Assembly (NCBI GenBank): GCA_012295275.1
Contig: CM022673.1
Span: 14,074,001-14,138,000, forward strand
Origin: Chrysomallon squamiferum
Lineage: Eukaryota; Animalia; Mollusca
Length of the DNA stretch: 64,000 nucleotides
Reading direction: 5' to 3'
Shown here: piece by piece, positions 41,225 through 55,300 of the stretch
How positions within the stretch are numbered: the first letter of the stretch is position 1
Layout of the letters: the number at the start of each line of letters is the position of its first letter
Notes under the pieces: model-generated
Database searches by the model: none
What the model saw: the letters and a program-made list of their open reading frames with translations, nothing else
Told to the model about the DNA's origin: nothing
Translations under genes and position numbers: made by a program

Positions 41225-44200
41225 CTAAATGTCCATGAGAAACATTAACATTACTGGATCTTGAAAAACTGATTGACTAGGATTATTGAACATGTTAAAA
41301 GGATCCAACCAGTTCCAGTCGATTACAGGAAACAAATCACCAAACAGGAAATCCTGCCAAATATCAGACCCGACATTTTGTCGTCTTCCAGCGTCTCCAA
41401 GAAGGGAGTGTGTAACTCCTGTATTTGTCCACTCTCTTCCGAATGTTCCAGTTCCTCCTGTCCCGGATGTGCCAAATATTCCTGTATCAACAGCACCAGA
41501 TATACCTGTTCCGGATGTGCCAGATATTCCTGTATTAACAGAATCTGATATACCTGTTCCCGATGTACCAGCTATTCCTGTATTAACTATATCTGATATT
41601 CCTGCGTCTGGTGTACCAGATATTCCTGTCCGTGATGTACCAGATACTGTTGTGCCAGATATTTCTGTATCAACAGTACCAGATAGGCCTGTATCAACAA
41701 TCCCAGATATTCGGGTATTAGCTATACCTGATATTCCTGTCCCTGATGTGCCTGGTATTCCTGTATCTCGTCCAACAGATATTCCCGTATCAGCAGTACC
41801 AGATATTCCTGTATCAGCTATACCAGATATTCCTGTATTAACCGTATTTGATGTTCCCGTAAAATCCGTATCTGATATTCCTGTACCTGATGTACCAGAT
41901 ATTCTAGTATTAACTATATCTGATATACCTGTGTCTGCTGTACCAGATATTCCTGTATCAGTAGCATCTGATATTCCTGTCCCTGATGTACCAGACATTC
42001 CTGTCCCTGATGTACCAGGTATTATTCGTGTACCTGTGTCTACTGTACCAGATACTCCTGGCGCTGATGTATCAGATATTACAGTAGAAGCTACACCAGA
42101 TATTCCTATGCTTGCTGTATCAGATATTCCTGTCCCTGGTGTATCAGAAATTCCGGTCCCCGATGAACCAGATATTCCTGTCCCTGCTTTGCCAGCTATT
42201 CCTGTCCCCGAAGTACCAGATATTCCTGTCTCCGATGTCCCAGATATTCCCGTCCCCGAAGTAGCAGATATTCCTGTCCCCGATATTCCAGATATTCCTC
42301 TGTCTGCAGTACCAGATACTCCTGTCACTGATGTATCAGATATTCCTGTATCAGCTATACCAGATATACCTATGCCTGCTGTATCAGATATTCCTGTCCT
42401 TGATGTATCAGATATTCCGGTCCCCGATGAACCAGATATTCCTGTCCCTACTGTTCCAGATATTCCTGTCCCCGAAGGACCATATATTCTTGTCCCTGAT
42501 GTATCAGATATTCCGGTCCCCGATGAACCAGATATTCCTGTATGAGCTATACCAGATATTCCTGTGTCTGCAGTACCAGATACTCCTGTCCCCGAAGTAC
42601 CAGATATTCCTGACCCCGATGTCCGAGATATTCCTCTCCCCGAAGTAGCAGATATTCCAGTCACTGATGTACCAGATATTCTTGTCCCTGATGTACCAGA
42701 TATTCCTGTCCCTGACGTACCAGGTATTATGCCTGTACCTGTTTCTGCAGTACCAGACACTCCTGGCGCTGATGTATCAGATATTACTGTATCAGCTATA
42801 CCAGATATTCCTATGCCTGCTGCATCAGATATTCCGATCCCCGATGAACCAGATATTCCTGTCCCTGCTGTACCATATATTCCTGTCCCTGCTGTGCCAG
42901 ATATTCCTGTGTCTGGAGTACCAGATACTCCTGTCCCTGATGTATCAGATATACCTGTATCAGTTATACCAGATATTCCTGTCACCGATGTTCCAGATAT
43001 TCCTGTGTCTGCAGTACCAGATACTCCTGTCCCCGATGTATCAGATATTCCGATCCCCGATGAACCAGATATTCCTGTCCCTGCTGTGCCAGGTATTCCT
43101 GTCCCCGAAGTACCAGATATTCCTGTCCCTGATGTACCAGATATTCCTGTCTCTGATGTACCAGATATTCCTGTCCCTGATGTACCAGGTATTCCTGTAC
43201 CTGTGTCTGCAGTACCAGATACTCCTGTCCCTGATGTATCAGATATTACAGTAGAAGCTATACCAGATATTCCTATGCTTGCTGTATCAGATATTCCTGT
43301 CCCAGAAGAACCATATATTCCTGTCCCTGATGTATCAGATATTCCGGTCCCCGATGAACCAGATATTCCTGTATCAGTTATACCAGATATTCCTGTGTCT
43401 GCTGTACCAGATACTCCTGTCCCCGATGTACCAGATATTCCTGTCACTGATGTAACAGATATTCCAGTCCCTGATATACCAGATATTCCTGTCCCTGATG
43501 TGCCAGATATTCCTGTCCCTGATGTACCAGGTATTATTCCTGTACCTGTTTCTGCAGTACCAGGTACTCCTAGCGCTGATGTATCAGCTATACCAGATAT
43601 TCCTATGCCTGCTGCATCTGATATTCCTGTCCCCGATGTACCAGATATTCCTGTCTCTGATGTACCAGATATTCTTGTACCTGATGTACCAGATATTCCT
43701 GTACCAGCTATACCAGATATTCCTGTCCCTGCTGTGCCAGATATTCCTGTCCCCGAAGTACCAGATATTCCTGTCCCCGAAGTTCCAGATATACCTCTGT
43801 CTGCAGTACCAGATACTCCTGTCCCTGATGTATCAGATATTCCGATCCCCGATGAACCAGATATTCCTGTCCCTGCTGTGCCAGGTATTCCTGTCCCCGA
43901 AGTACCAGATATTCCTGTCCCTGATGTACCAGATATTCCTGTCTCTGATGTACCAGATATTCCTGTCCCTGATGTACCAGGTATTCCTGTACCTGTGTCT
44001 GCAGTACCAGATACTCCTGTCCCTGATGTATCAGATATTACAGTAGAAGCTATACCAGATATTCCTATGCTTGCTGTATCAGATATTCCTGTCCCAGAAG
44101 AACCATATATTCCTGTCCCTGATGTATCAGATATTCCGGTCCCCGATGAACCAGATATTCCTGTATCAGTTATACCAGATATTCCTGTGTCTGCTGTACC

Positions 44201-47200
44201 AGATACTCCTGTCCCCGATGTACCAGATATTCCTGTCCCTGATGTACCAGATATTCCTGTCCCTGATGTGCCAGATATTCCTGTCCCTGATGTACCAGGT
44301 ATTATTCCTGTACCTGTTTCTGCAGTACCAGGTACTCCTAGCGCTGATGTATCAGCTATACCAGATATTCCTATGCCTGCTGCATCTGATATTCCTGTCC
44401 CCGATGTACCAGATATTCCTGTCTCTGATGTACCAGATATTCTTGTACCTGATGTACCAGATATTCCTGTACCAGCTATACCAGATATTCCTGTCCCTGC
44501 TGTGCCAGATATTCCTGTCCCCGAAGTACCAGATATTCCTGTCCCCGAAGTTCCAGATATACCTCTGTCTGCAGTACCAGATACTCCTGTCCCTGATGTA
44601 TCAGATATTCCGATCCCCGATGAACCAGATATTCCTGTCCCTGCTGTGCCAGATATTCCTGTCCCCGAAGTACCAGATACTCCTGTCCCTGATGTATCAG
44701 ATATTCCGGTCCCCGTTGGTCCAGATATTCCTGTGTCTGCAGTACCAGAAACTCCTGTCCCAGATGTATCAGATATTCCTGTATCAGCTATACCAGATAT
44801 TCCTGTCCCTGCTGTGCCAGATATTCCTGTCCCCGAAGTACCAGATATTCCTGTCCCTGTTGTATCAGATAATCCGGTCCCCGATGAACCAGAGATTCCT
44901 GTATCTGCAGTACCAGATACTCCTGTCCCCGCTGTACCAGATATTCCTGTCCCTGATGTATCAGATATTCCAGTATGAGCTATACCAGATATTCCTGTGT
45001 CTGCAGTACCAGATACTCCTGTCCCTGATGTATCAGATATTCCTCTATCAGTTATAGCAGATGTTCCTGTCCCCGATGTTCCAGATATTCCTGTGTCTGC
45101 AGTACCAGATACTCCTGTCCCTGATGTATCAGATATTCCTGTATCAGCTATACCAGATATTCCTGTATCAGCTATACCAGATATTCCTATGCTAGCTGTA
45201 TCAGATATTCCTGTGTCTGCATTACCAGATACTCCTGTCCCTGATGTGCCAGATATTCCTGTCCCTGCTGTGCCAGATATTCCTGTACCCGAAGTACCGG
45301 ATATTTCCTGTACCCGAAGTACCGGATATTTCTGTCCCTGATGTGCCAAATATTCCTGTACCCGAAGTACCGGATATTTCTGTCCCTGACGTATCAGATA
45401 TTCCGATCCCCGATGAACCAGATATTCCTGTCCCTGCTGTGCCAGATATTCCTGTCCCTGATGTATTAGATATTCCTGTATCAGTTATACCAGATATTCC
45501 TGTCACCGATGTTGCAGATATTCCTGTGTCTGCAGTACCAGATATTCCTGTCCCTGATGTACCAGATATTCCGGTCCCCGATGAACCAGATATTCCTGTC
45601 CCTGCTGTGCCAGATATTCCGGTCGCCGATGAACCAGATACTCCTGTCCCTGATGTATCAGATATTCCTGTGTCAGTTATACCAGATATTCCTGTCACCG
45701 ATGTACCAGATATTCCTGTCCCTACTGTATCAGATATTTCTGTATCAGATATTCCTATGCCGGCCGTATCAGATATTCCTGTCCCTGATGAACCAGATAT
45801 TCCTGTCCCTGATGTATCAGATATTCCGGTCCCCGATGAACCAAATATTCCTGTCCCTTCTATACCAGACATTCCTGTCCCCGATGTTCCAGATATTCCC
45901 GTGTCTGCAGTATCAGATACTCCTGTCCCTGCTGTATCAGATATTTCTGTATCAGATGTACCAGATATTTCTATGCCGGCCGTATCAGATATTCCTGTCC
46001 CTGATGTATCAGATATTCCGGTCCCCGATGAACCAAATATTCCTGTCCCTGCTGTACCAGATATTCCTGTCCCTGATGTATCAGCAATACCAGATATTCC
46101 TGCAGTATCAGGTGTTCCTGTTCCTGTAGTATCAGTTGTTCCTGTTCCTGTAGTATCAGGTGTTCCTGTTCCTGTAATATTTGATGTTCCTGTTCTTATA
46201 ATATTATATGTTGCTGTTCCTTTAGTATCCGATGTTCCTGTTCCTGTAGTATCAGATGTTCCTGTTCCTGTTATATCAGATGTTCCCGTACCTGAAGTAT
46301 CAGTCGTAACTGCAAAAAAAAAAATAATAAAAAAATAAATAGTAATAAAAAAAAAATAATAATAATAATAAATAAATAAATAAGTAAATAAAAAATAAAA
46401 CAATTGGAAGCTTTTAAAACTGTTAGAAAACACATATGTATACGTGTCTGTCTGTCTGTCCCTATATGTTCATGCATGAATGCATGTATTTATGTATAAA
46501 ATATATCTAAAACGTGTGAATGCATGCGTATGTATGTATGTATGTATATATGTATTTATGTATGTAAGTATATATGTTTGTATGTATATATTTGTATTTT
46601 TGTATGTATGCATGTGTGTACTGAATAAATTAATCTAATACTGGTACCGAATCATTTATCTGGATTTTAGAAATCCGAAAAATCCAGGAAACTGGATAAT
46701 TCGTTTTTCTTTTTTCCCCCTGTAGTTTTTCATTCGGCTGCATTGTTCTAGTTTCAGCGACGTACGCATTGACGGATGCCAGTTTATATGAGTTTTTTAA
46801 AAAGTCATTTAAGCGTATTAAGAAGTATATTAATTTGTAGCCTACACGTATCTTTTAAATAAAAATTATGTTCTTTACTTTTCTTACTGGATATTTTACA
46901 TGGTATTCAATAAAGGTATTAATAAAGATCAAGCAGACCCTGCTTTAAGAGTGCAATGACTTGTATCTATTATATACAGTTTATTAAAAAAAAAATTATC
47001 TCTGTTTATTTTATATTTTAAGTAAAGATGTAGCTTGTCTCCAGAAACCCGGGTCACCTCGGGCCCCAGCTTGAAGTATAAATGGTTCGGTACCTGGATA
47101 GTGTAATCTAACCTAAGTGTGTCAGAAAACTGATAGGTAATGATGATGCATCACATGACAAGTAACATGATTGGATGATCACTTGCGTTTTGAGTTTTAC

Positions 47201-47768
47201 CTCTAGTTTCCTGTTCAGTGTTTTGATTTGTTTCATTTTCTGGCACTTGCTTCGTTTCAGTTTCAGTAGGCTGATTTGTTTCAATCTCAGCAGGTTGCTT
47301 TGTTTCATTTTCAGGAAGTCGTTTTGTTTCAGCATCTGCGTTAGATCCATCGACAGCTGAATCAGTTGATGCACCAGTGACTGTGCCAGAACTTTCACGT
47401 TGAGTACTATTTGACCCTGAGACATTTAAGTCGGTGTCGATAGTTTCTGTTCCTGCGACTGTGCCTGTTTGATTGGTGCCGCCATTACCAGTTTGTGTGT
47501 CGGTTTGAATCGTGACGTCCTTACCAATGAATGTGCCTGCTTGAGCGGTGTAAGCTGTATCTGTGCCTGCTTGTGGTTTGCGGCTATTACCACCGTTTAT
47601 GCCTTCATGTGTCGTGTAGCCATTGCCAGGAGCTACTGTTGTTGACACACCGGAACCGATAGCTGGTAATTACAAAATAACAGGATCACTGTTAGTTTTC
47701 ATACAAACCTCGATTTTATATTTAATTATCCAAATAAATTCTTATTCTAAATTTTACTTATTTAGCGC

Positions 47769-47858
<90 letters not shown>

Positions 47859-47888
47859 AAAAAATCGTTTATTACCCTTTAATCTTTT

Positions 47889-47961
<73 letters not shown>

Positions 47962-48647
47962 GATTTTCTATCATTCTCTACTTAAAAACTTTCATATCTG
48001 AAACTTTTCAAAAACAAACGCAAAATAATTCAGGTGATAAAATACAGTATGAAATTCCTGTCTTTCCCGCCATTTCTTTACAATCCCCTGTTATTTTTAT
48101 TTTTATTTCTATTTCTATTTTATTTTATTATAAAAATGTTGAGTATTTAGATATGGTTCATGTTACATAATTGTTGAAGGGATATTAGTTATTCCGCAGA
48201 ACACTAGTTTCAACAGAAGCTACAACAACGCCAGTATTTGTTGTAGTAGAAGTAAAAGTAATAGCAATAGCAGCAGCAGCAAAAGTAGTTGTAGCAGTAG
48301 CTATTGTTGTTACAGTAGCAGTAATAGTAGAAGTGGCAGCAGTAGTTATTGTAGCAGAAGTAATAGTAATAGAGCACCCTCTGCTGTAACAGTAGCTATA
48401 TTTATAATAGTAATAGTAATAATAATTGTAGTATGGTAGTAGAGGTAGTAGTAGTAAAAGTAGTAATACTAGTAATAGTAATAGTGTAGTAGTAGAATTA
48501 TTATTATTAGTATTATTAGTAGTAGTAGTAGTAGTAGCAGTAGTAGCAGTAGTAGTAACAGCCGTGTGAAGCAGATAGTAACTTACGTAACAGTCTACAG
48601 ACGTTGATCACGCATATAAAACATGTCAGTGACAGAAGTTTTGTCAT
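41225..48647 (-). CDS. G10: giant secreted Gly/Ser/Thr/Ile/Asp octapeptide-repeat protein (~1,870 aa, mucin/silk-like) with an aromatic/Met C-terminal tail
   Basis: Exons 48647-48587 (MTKLLSLTCFICVINVCRLL), 47662-47201 (PIGSGVSTTVAPGN...EQETR, donor g|gtaaaa) and 46309-41225 (acceptor ttttgcag|, VTTDTSGT..., (GISGTSGT)n, ending DIWQDFLFGDLFPVIDWNWLDPFNMFNNPSQSVFQDPVMLMFLMDI*). One extra base near 45305 splits the last exon into ORFs 45222-46433 and 41225-45349. Confidence 0.8.
41450..46300. repeat. Coding 24-bp minisatellite (ccagatattcctgtccctgatgta) with an internal 792-bp duplication
   Basis: 24-nt period. Matching shadow-ORF ends at 43254 and 44046 are 792 nt apart. Confidence 0.9.
46641..47096. 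mobile_element. Putative MITE (~456 bp) in intron 2 of G10
   Basis: Terminal inverted repeats ctggtaccgaatcatttat (46641-46659) and ataaatggttcggtacctg (47078-47096) match at 17/19. No coding capacity and no clear TSD. Confidence 0.55.
47151..47662 (-). CDS. Exon 2 of G10 read through to its own stop (short 190-aa isoform; Thr/Gly/Glu-rich, ETxQ octapeptide repeats)
   Basis: ORF 47151-47648 is in frame with the acceptor at 47662 and ends QNASDHPIMLLVM*. Confidence 0.6.
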
Positions 48648-48687
48648 GTTCACTGAAACAAACAAAATAATAATAATAATAATAATA

Positions 48688-48722
<35 letters not shown>

Positions 48723-48856
48723 TAAATAAAGAAATTAATTAATTAATAAAAATAAAATTAATAACAATAATAATAATAATAAACATGTAATGAACAACAT
48801 GAAATCTGTAAAACCACATTTGTTAGAGTAGAAATTTATTTATTATCACTAAAATG

Positions 48857-48917
<61 letters not shown>

Positions 48918-49252
48918 AGACAGATGCAGTTGTCAGAGCACACACTTGCCTGCATCTATTACGGTGACTGTTTGTATAATAACGTAAATTAATTGCACTG
49001 CACACGAATAATTATTAACAGGAATAAAAAATATATAACCATTTGAAAAGTGACATGAGAGATAGAGTTGATGCAACATCGCTGTGTTTGGGCGGGTTTG
49101 TTTCCCATGCTATCACGTGACATAAAGCATTATTCAAGCTGCTTTTTTCGAGCTCTGCTAAGTAATAAATGCGTGTTCTTATCTCTTCCGAAAGTAAATC
49201 AATTATGATGGTGATGATTATGATGATAATGATAATAACAATAATAATGGTG

Positions 49253-49287
<35 letters not shown>

Positions 49288-49527
49288 TTTTTAATATGTG
49301 TGCATATTTGTGCATATGTTTTTGTGTGTGCATATTTGTGCATATGTGTGTGTGTGTTGTTGTTCTTAAAAATGTTGCCTCGTTTTAACGTAAGTATTTA
49401 GACAAGGATGTTGATAACAAAATGTGTCAGAAATTTGTTTTACCACAAGATGGGTTACGTCAAGTAAACTAGCAGGTAATTAAACACTCAAAAGTAATAT
49501 CTTCCTTTTCTGTTCTGAAACATGCAC

Positions 49528-49584
<57 letters not shown>

Positions 49585-49813
49585 GTGTAGTAATAATAGC
49601 AACAACACTAATAATAATAATAATAATACAGTAATAATAACAACAACATTAATAATAACCATAATAATAATAATAATAACAATAACAATAATTATAATAA
49701 TAAGTATGTATGTATTTTTTTTTTAAAAGATTTGAATAATCTGTCGTATGTATGTATGTATGTATGTATGTATGTATGTATGTATTTACTTTATATATAA
49801 TTCCACAACTTAC

Positions 49814-49880
49814 CTTAATATCTAGGTTTACATGAAGATGAACAAGTAAGAAAAATGAACAATCTCCAAAAGCTTTTATA
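49814..49880 (-). promoter_or_regulatory. TATA box and 5'UTR exon of G10
   Basis: TATAAAAG on the minus strand at 49873-49880, donor aag|gtaagt at 49814, and acceptor ttcag just before the ATG at 48647. Confidence 0.55.
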
Positions 49881-50535
49881 GGTAATAAAGTAAAGACTTT
49901 ATGTCGTCGTGTATGACCAATGCAAGCCCCACCTAGCACTGCATGCGCCGTTGTCAGGTAACTTACAGATTTACAACAACTACGGATACATCGAACGATG
50001 CAAACAACAGCTAGGTACTGTTTACAGATGAGTCCGGCGATTTGTCCACCTTTTTCTGGCTCAGGACGATGGAATCAAGTTAAAAGGTGGAAAGTAAACA
50101 GTAATAAGTTATGAACAGGAAGTGAAAAGAAACGTTTATTTAGACCTTCCAGAGTGAATGAAAAATTACTTTTGTTGTCCATTCGAGAGAAAACACATAA
50201 AGAATCATATTTGTCGTATTTAAGATAATTCTTGTGAAATAAAGTGTAATAATAATAGAGAAATATGCGTATTACGATCTTGTTTTTTTGCAGCAGTAAA
50301 AGTTGTGCTAAGTAATAATTTACGTAGATATAAAGTTAAATGAGTTTCTTGACATTTACAGACATTAACGTCTTGTTTTTATAGTTTTGCGTTGTATTCT
50401 TTGTCATGTACATGAACTGTCTCCTATTACAGTGTTTGTTACGTCGTCCAGTAATAACATTTTGTTATTTATTTATTTATTATTATTATTTATTTATTTA
50501 TTTATTTTATCTTAAAGGTATATTCTTTTGTTTCA

Positions 50536-50635
<100 letters not shown>

Positions 50636-50828
50636 ATATTTAAATATGTTTCTATTGCAGATTACCTATCAGATACATTTCTTCATAACACTTCATGTGG
50701 ATCATTTCCCGTTGTAACCATTGCCTCGAAGGATAAAACTCCAATAAAACTTACTTTTACTAATTTCTATTCAAGTTCACGTTGACGTAATCACGTAGCC
50801 TCTCCAGAGTTATTTCCCTTTAGTGTAT

Positions 50829-50867
<39 letters not shown>

Positions 50868-51339
50868 TTACTTGTTTATTTTATTTTTTCAAGTTTTAAA
50901 TTTTAGGATTATATATATATTGATGAACGGGCATTCGTGTTTTCTTTCTTTATATATATATATATTTTAATTATTTATTTATATTTGTTGTTTTTCCCCA
51001 GTGGATACACTAAATACAAATATTATTTATCATAATGTTTTTTAAATATGATAAGAGTAACCACAAAATAATAAAATACGTATAAAACTGAAAATAAATA
51101 AAAACTCTGTGATAATTTTTAATATTTTATTTTTAGAAATTGTATAAAATCCCAAATCTCCTGCTGTACCTACATTCCATTTTCTGAAATAAATAAAACA
51201 AAAAATTTATATCCTCTACATTTTCTTTAAAAATAATTTACTTTCCCATAAACATAAAAATATATGTAATAATTACTTCTATTATTAATCTCTGGAATCA
51301 TAATTATATTGTTTATTGGTGAACTAGAAATAATGTCAG

Positions 51340-51393
51340 AACTACAGTAACAACACCTATAGCAATAATAATAACAACGACAACGACAACAAC

Positions 51394-51434
<41 letters not shown>

Positions 51435-52320
51435 CAACAATGCCAACAACAACGACAATAACAATAACAATAATAATAATGACAATAACAATAATTATAA
51501 CAATAATAATAATAATAATAACTAGAATAATAGTAACAATACCTATAACAACAATAATAACAAGACCAAGACCTATAATAAGAATAACATTTGTAATAAC
51601 AATAACAACACCTATTATAACAATAACAATAACAACAGCACCTATTACAACAGTAACAACTATAACTATAATAACAATAACAAGTCCTGTTATACCAACA
51701 GCGGCTAAAATAACAAAAACTATATTAACAATAACAGCAACATCTATAATAACAATAATAGAACATCTATAATATCAATAGCAACAACACCTAATATTAA
51801 TAGTAACAACAATACCTAAAATAATAATAAAAACAATAAGACCTATAATGAGAATAACAACTCATTATAACAATAACGACAACATCTATATTAACAATAA
51901 CAACAAAGATATAATAACAAGACCTATAATAACAACACCTATTATAACAATAACATCACCTGTAATAACAATAGCAACACCTATAATAACAATAACAAAA
52001 TATGTTATAATAGCATCATCTATAGCAATAACAACAACTATAATAATAACAATAAAACCTATTATAGCAATACTTATATTACAATAACAACAACTCTTAT
52101 AATAACAATAACACATATATTAACAATAACACATAACGTTAACAACAATAAATAATAAATAACACCATATTAATAATTACAAGTATAATAACAATAACAA
52201 CACTTAATCTTAACAACAATATCTAAAATGACAATAACAACATCTATAATAACAGTATCTATAATGACAATAATAAAAAGAATTTACATAACAATGCCAG
52301 TAATGATGCTGCTGCTGCTA
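51340..52320. repeat. Degenerate (AAT/AAC)n low-complexity tract
   Basis: About 1 kb of ataacaata/acacctata variants. Confidence 0.75.
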
Positions 52321-52324
52321 CTGC

Positions 52325-55300
52325 TCATGATGATGTACCAGGTTTTGCTGTGTCTGCTGCACCAGATATTCCAGTCCCTGATGTAGCAGATATTACTTTC
52401 CCTGATGTACCAGATATTCCTGTGTCAGCTATTCCATACGCTGCTTTGTCAGGTCTACATAACATTACTATCTCTGATGTACCAGATATTCCTGTGTCAG
52501 CTATTCCAGATACTGCTTTGTCAGGTCTACATAACATTACTGTCTCTGATGTACCAGATATTCCTGTGTCAGCTATTCCAGATACTGCTTTCTCAGGTCT
52601 ACATAACATTACTATCTCTGATGTACCAGATATTACTGTGCCTGCGGTACCAGATGTTGCAGTCCATGATGTGCCAGATATTCCTATGTCAGCTATCCCA
52701 GATACTTCTGTGTCAGATCTACCTGACATTCCAGTCCCTGATCTATCGGATATTACTGTGTCTCCTGTTCCAGACGTTACGGTCCCTGATATACCAGATA
52801 TTCCTGAATCAACAGTACCAGACATTAATGTCCGTGATGTTCCAGATAATCCTGTCCCTGATATACCAGATATTCCAGTGTCTGGTACTACAGATAGTCC
52901 TATGTCAGGTGTACCTGACATTCCTGTCCCTGATTTTCCAGATATTACAGTGTCCGCTGTACCAGATGTACTAGATATATCTCTGTCTCCTGCGCCAGAT
53001 TTTGCTGTCCATGATTTTCCAGATATTTTTATATTAACAGTATCTGATTTTCCTGCCCCTGATGTACCAGATATACCTCTGTCTGCTGCACCAGACATTC
53101 CTGTCTTTGATATGCCAGATATTCCTGTGTCTACAATACCAGATGTTACTGTCCTTGATGTGCCAGATATTCCTGACCCTGATGTACCAGATACTCCTCT
53201 GTCTGCTGCACCAGATGTTACTGTCCTTGATGCGCCAGATATTCCTGTGTCTGCAGCACCAGATGTTGCTCTCCATGATGTGCCAGATACTCTTGTATTA
53301 ACCGAACCTGATGTTGCTGTTTCTGATATTCCTGAACCGACAGCACCAGATATTCCTTTCCGTGATGTTCGGATATCGGATATTCCTGTCCCTGATGTGC
53401 CGGATATTACAGTCTGAGTTTTACCAGATAATCCTGTTCCAGCTATCCCAGATAGTCCTATGTCAGGTATACCTGACATTGCTCTCCCCGATGTTCCAGA
53501 TATTACTGTGTCTGCTGTACCAGATCTTTCTGTCCATGATGTTCCAGATATTCTTGTACTAACGGTATCTGATTTTCCTGTCCCTGATGAACCAGATATT
53601 CCTCTGTCTGGTGCACCAAATATTCCTGTCCTTGATGTGCCAGACAGTGCTCTGTCTCCTGTACCAGATGTTGCTGTCCATGATGTGCCAGATATTTTTG
53701 TATTAACCATATCTGATGTTTCTGTTCCTGATCTACCTGATATTCCTGAACCAACAGTACCAGATATTACTGTCCGTGATGTTCCAGATATTCCTGTCCG
53801 TGATGTATCCGATATTACTGTCCCTGACATGCCAGAGATTCTCGTGTCAACAGTACCAGATATTACTGTGTCTGTTCCTCCAGGTATTCCAGTCCCTGTT
53901 GTGTCAGATATTACTTTACCGGATATACCAGATACTCCTGTGTCAGCTGAACCAGATACTCCTGTGCCCGCTATCCCAGATAGTCCTATGTCAGGTGTAC
54001 CCGACATTCCTCTCCCCGATGTTCCAGATATTACTGTGTCTGCTGTACCAGATCTTTCTGTCCATGATGTTCCAGATATTCTTGTACCAACGGTATCTGA
54101 TTTTCCTGTCCCTGGTGAACCAGATATTCCTGTGTCTGCTGCACCAGATATTCCTGTCCTTGATGTGCCAGATATTCCAGTATCTGCTGTACCAGATGTT
54201 GCTGTCCATGATATGCCAGATGTCCTTGTTTTAACCGTATCTGATGTTTCTGTTCCTGATCTACCTGATATTCCTGGACCAACAGTACCAGATATTACTG
54301 TCCGTGATGTTCCAGATATTGCTGTCCGTGAAGTTTCCGATATTCCTGTCCCTGATATGCCAGAGATTCCCGTATCAACAGTACCAGATATTACTGTGTC
54401 TGTTCCTCCAGGTATTCCAGTCCCTGTTGTGTCAGATATTACTTTACCTGATATCCCAGATACTCCTGTGTCAGCTGTACCAGATACTCCTGTGCCAGCT
54501 GTCCCAGATAGTCCTATGTCAGGTGTACCTGACATTCCTCTCCCCGATGTTCCAGATATTATTGTGTCTGCTGTACCAGATCTTTCTGTCCATGATGTTC
54601 CAGATATTCTTGTACTAACGGTATCTGATTTTCCTGTCCCTGATGAACCAGATATTCCTGTATCTGCTGCACCAGATATTCCTGTCCTTGATGTACCAGA
54701 TATTCCCGTGTCTGCTGTACCAGATGTTGCTGTCCATGATGTTTCAGACATTCCTCTGCCTGATATGCCAGTGGCTCCTGTGTCTCCTTCTTGAGGTGTC
54801 CTAGTCCCTGATGTAACAGATATTACTTTACGTGATATACCAGATACTCCTGTGTCAGTTGTACCAGATACTCCTGTGTCAGCTGTACCAGATACTCCTG
54901 TGCCCGCTATCCCAGATAGTCCTATGTCAGCTGAACCCGACATTCCTCTCCCCGATGTTCCAGATATTACTGTGTCTGCTGTACCAGTTCTTTCTGTCCA
55001 TGATGTTCCAGATATTCTTGTACCAACGGTATCTGATTTTCCTGTCCCTGGTGAACCAGATATTCCTGGGTCTGCTGCACCAGATATTCCTGTCCTTGAT
55101 GTACCAGATATTCCCGTGTCTGCTGTACCAGATGTTGCTGTCCATGATATGCCAGATGTTCTTGTTTTAACCGTATCTGATGTTTCTGTTCCTGATCTAC
55201 CTGATATTCCAGAACCAACAGTACCAGATATTACTGTCCGTGATGTTTCAGACATTCCTCTGCCTGATATGCCAGTTGCTCCTGTGTCTCCTTCTTGAGG

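Noticed and set aside
51440-52116. Thr/Ile-rich ORFs resembling a mucin
   Set aside because: Degenerate AAT/AAC repeat with stops and no clear splice signals or signal peptide.
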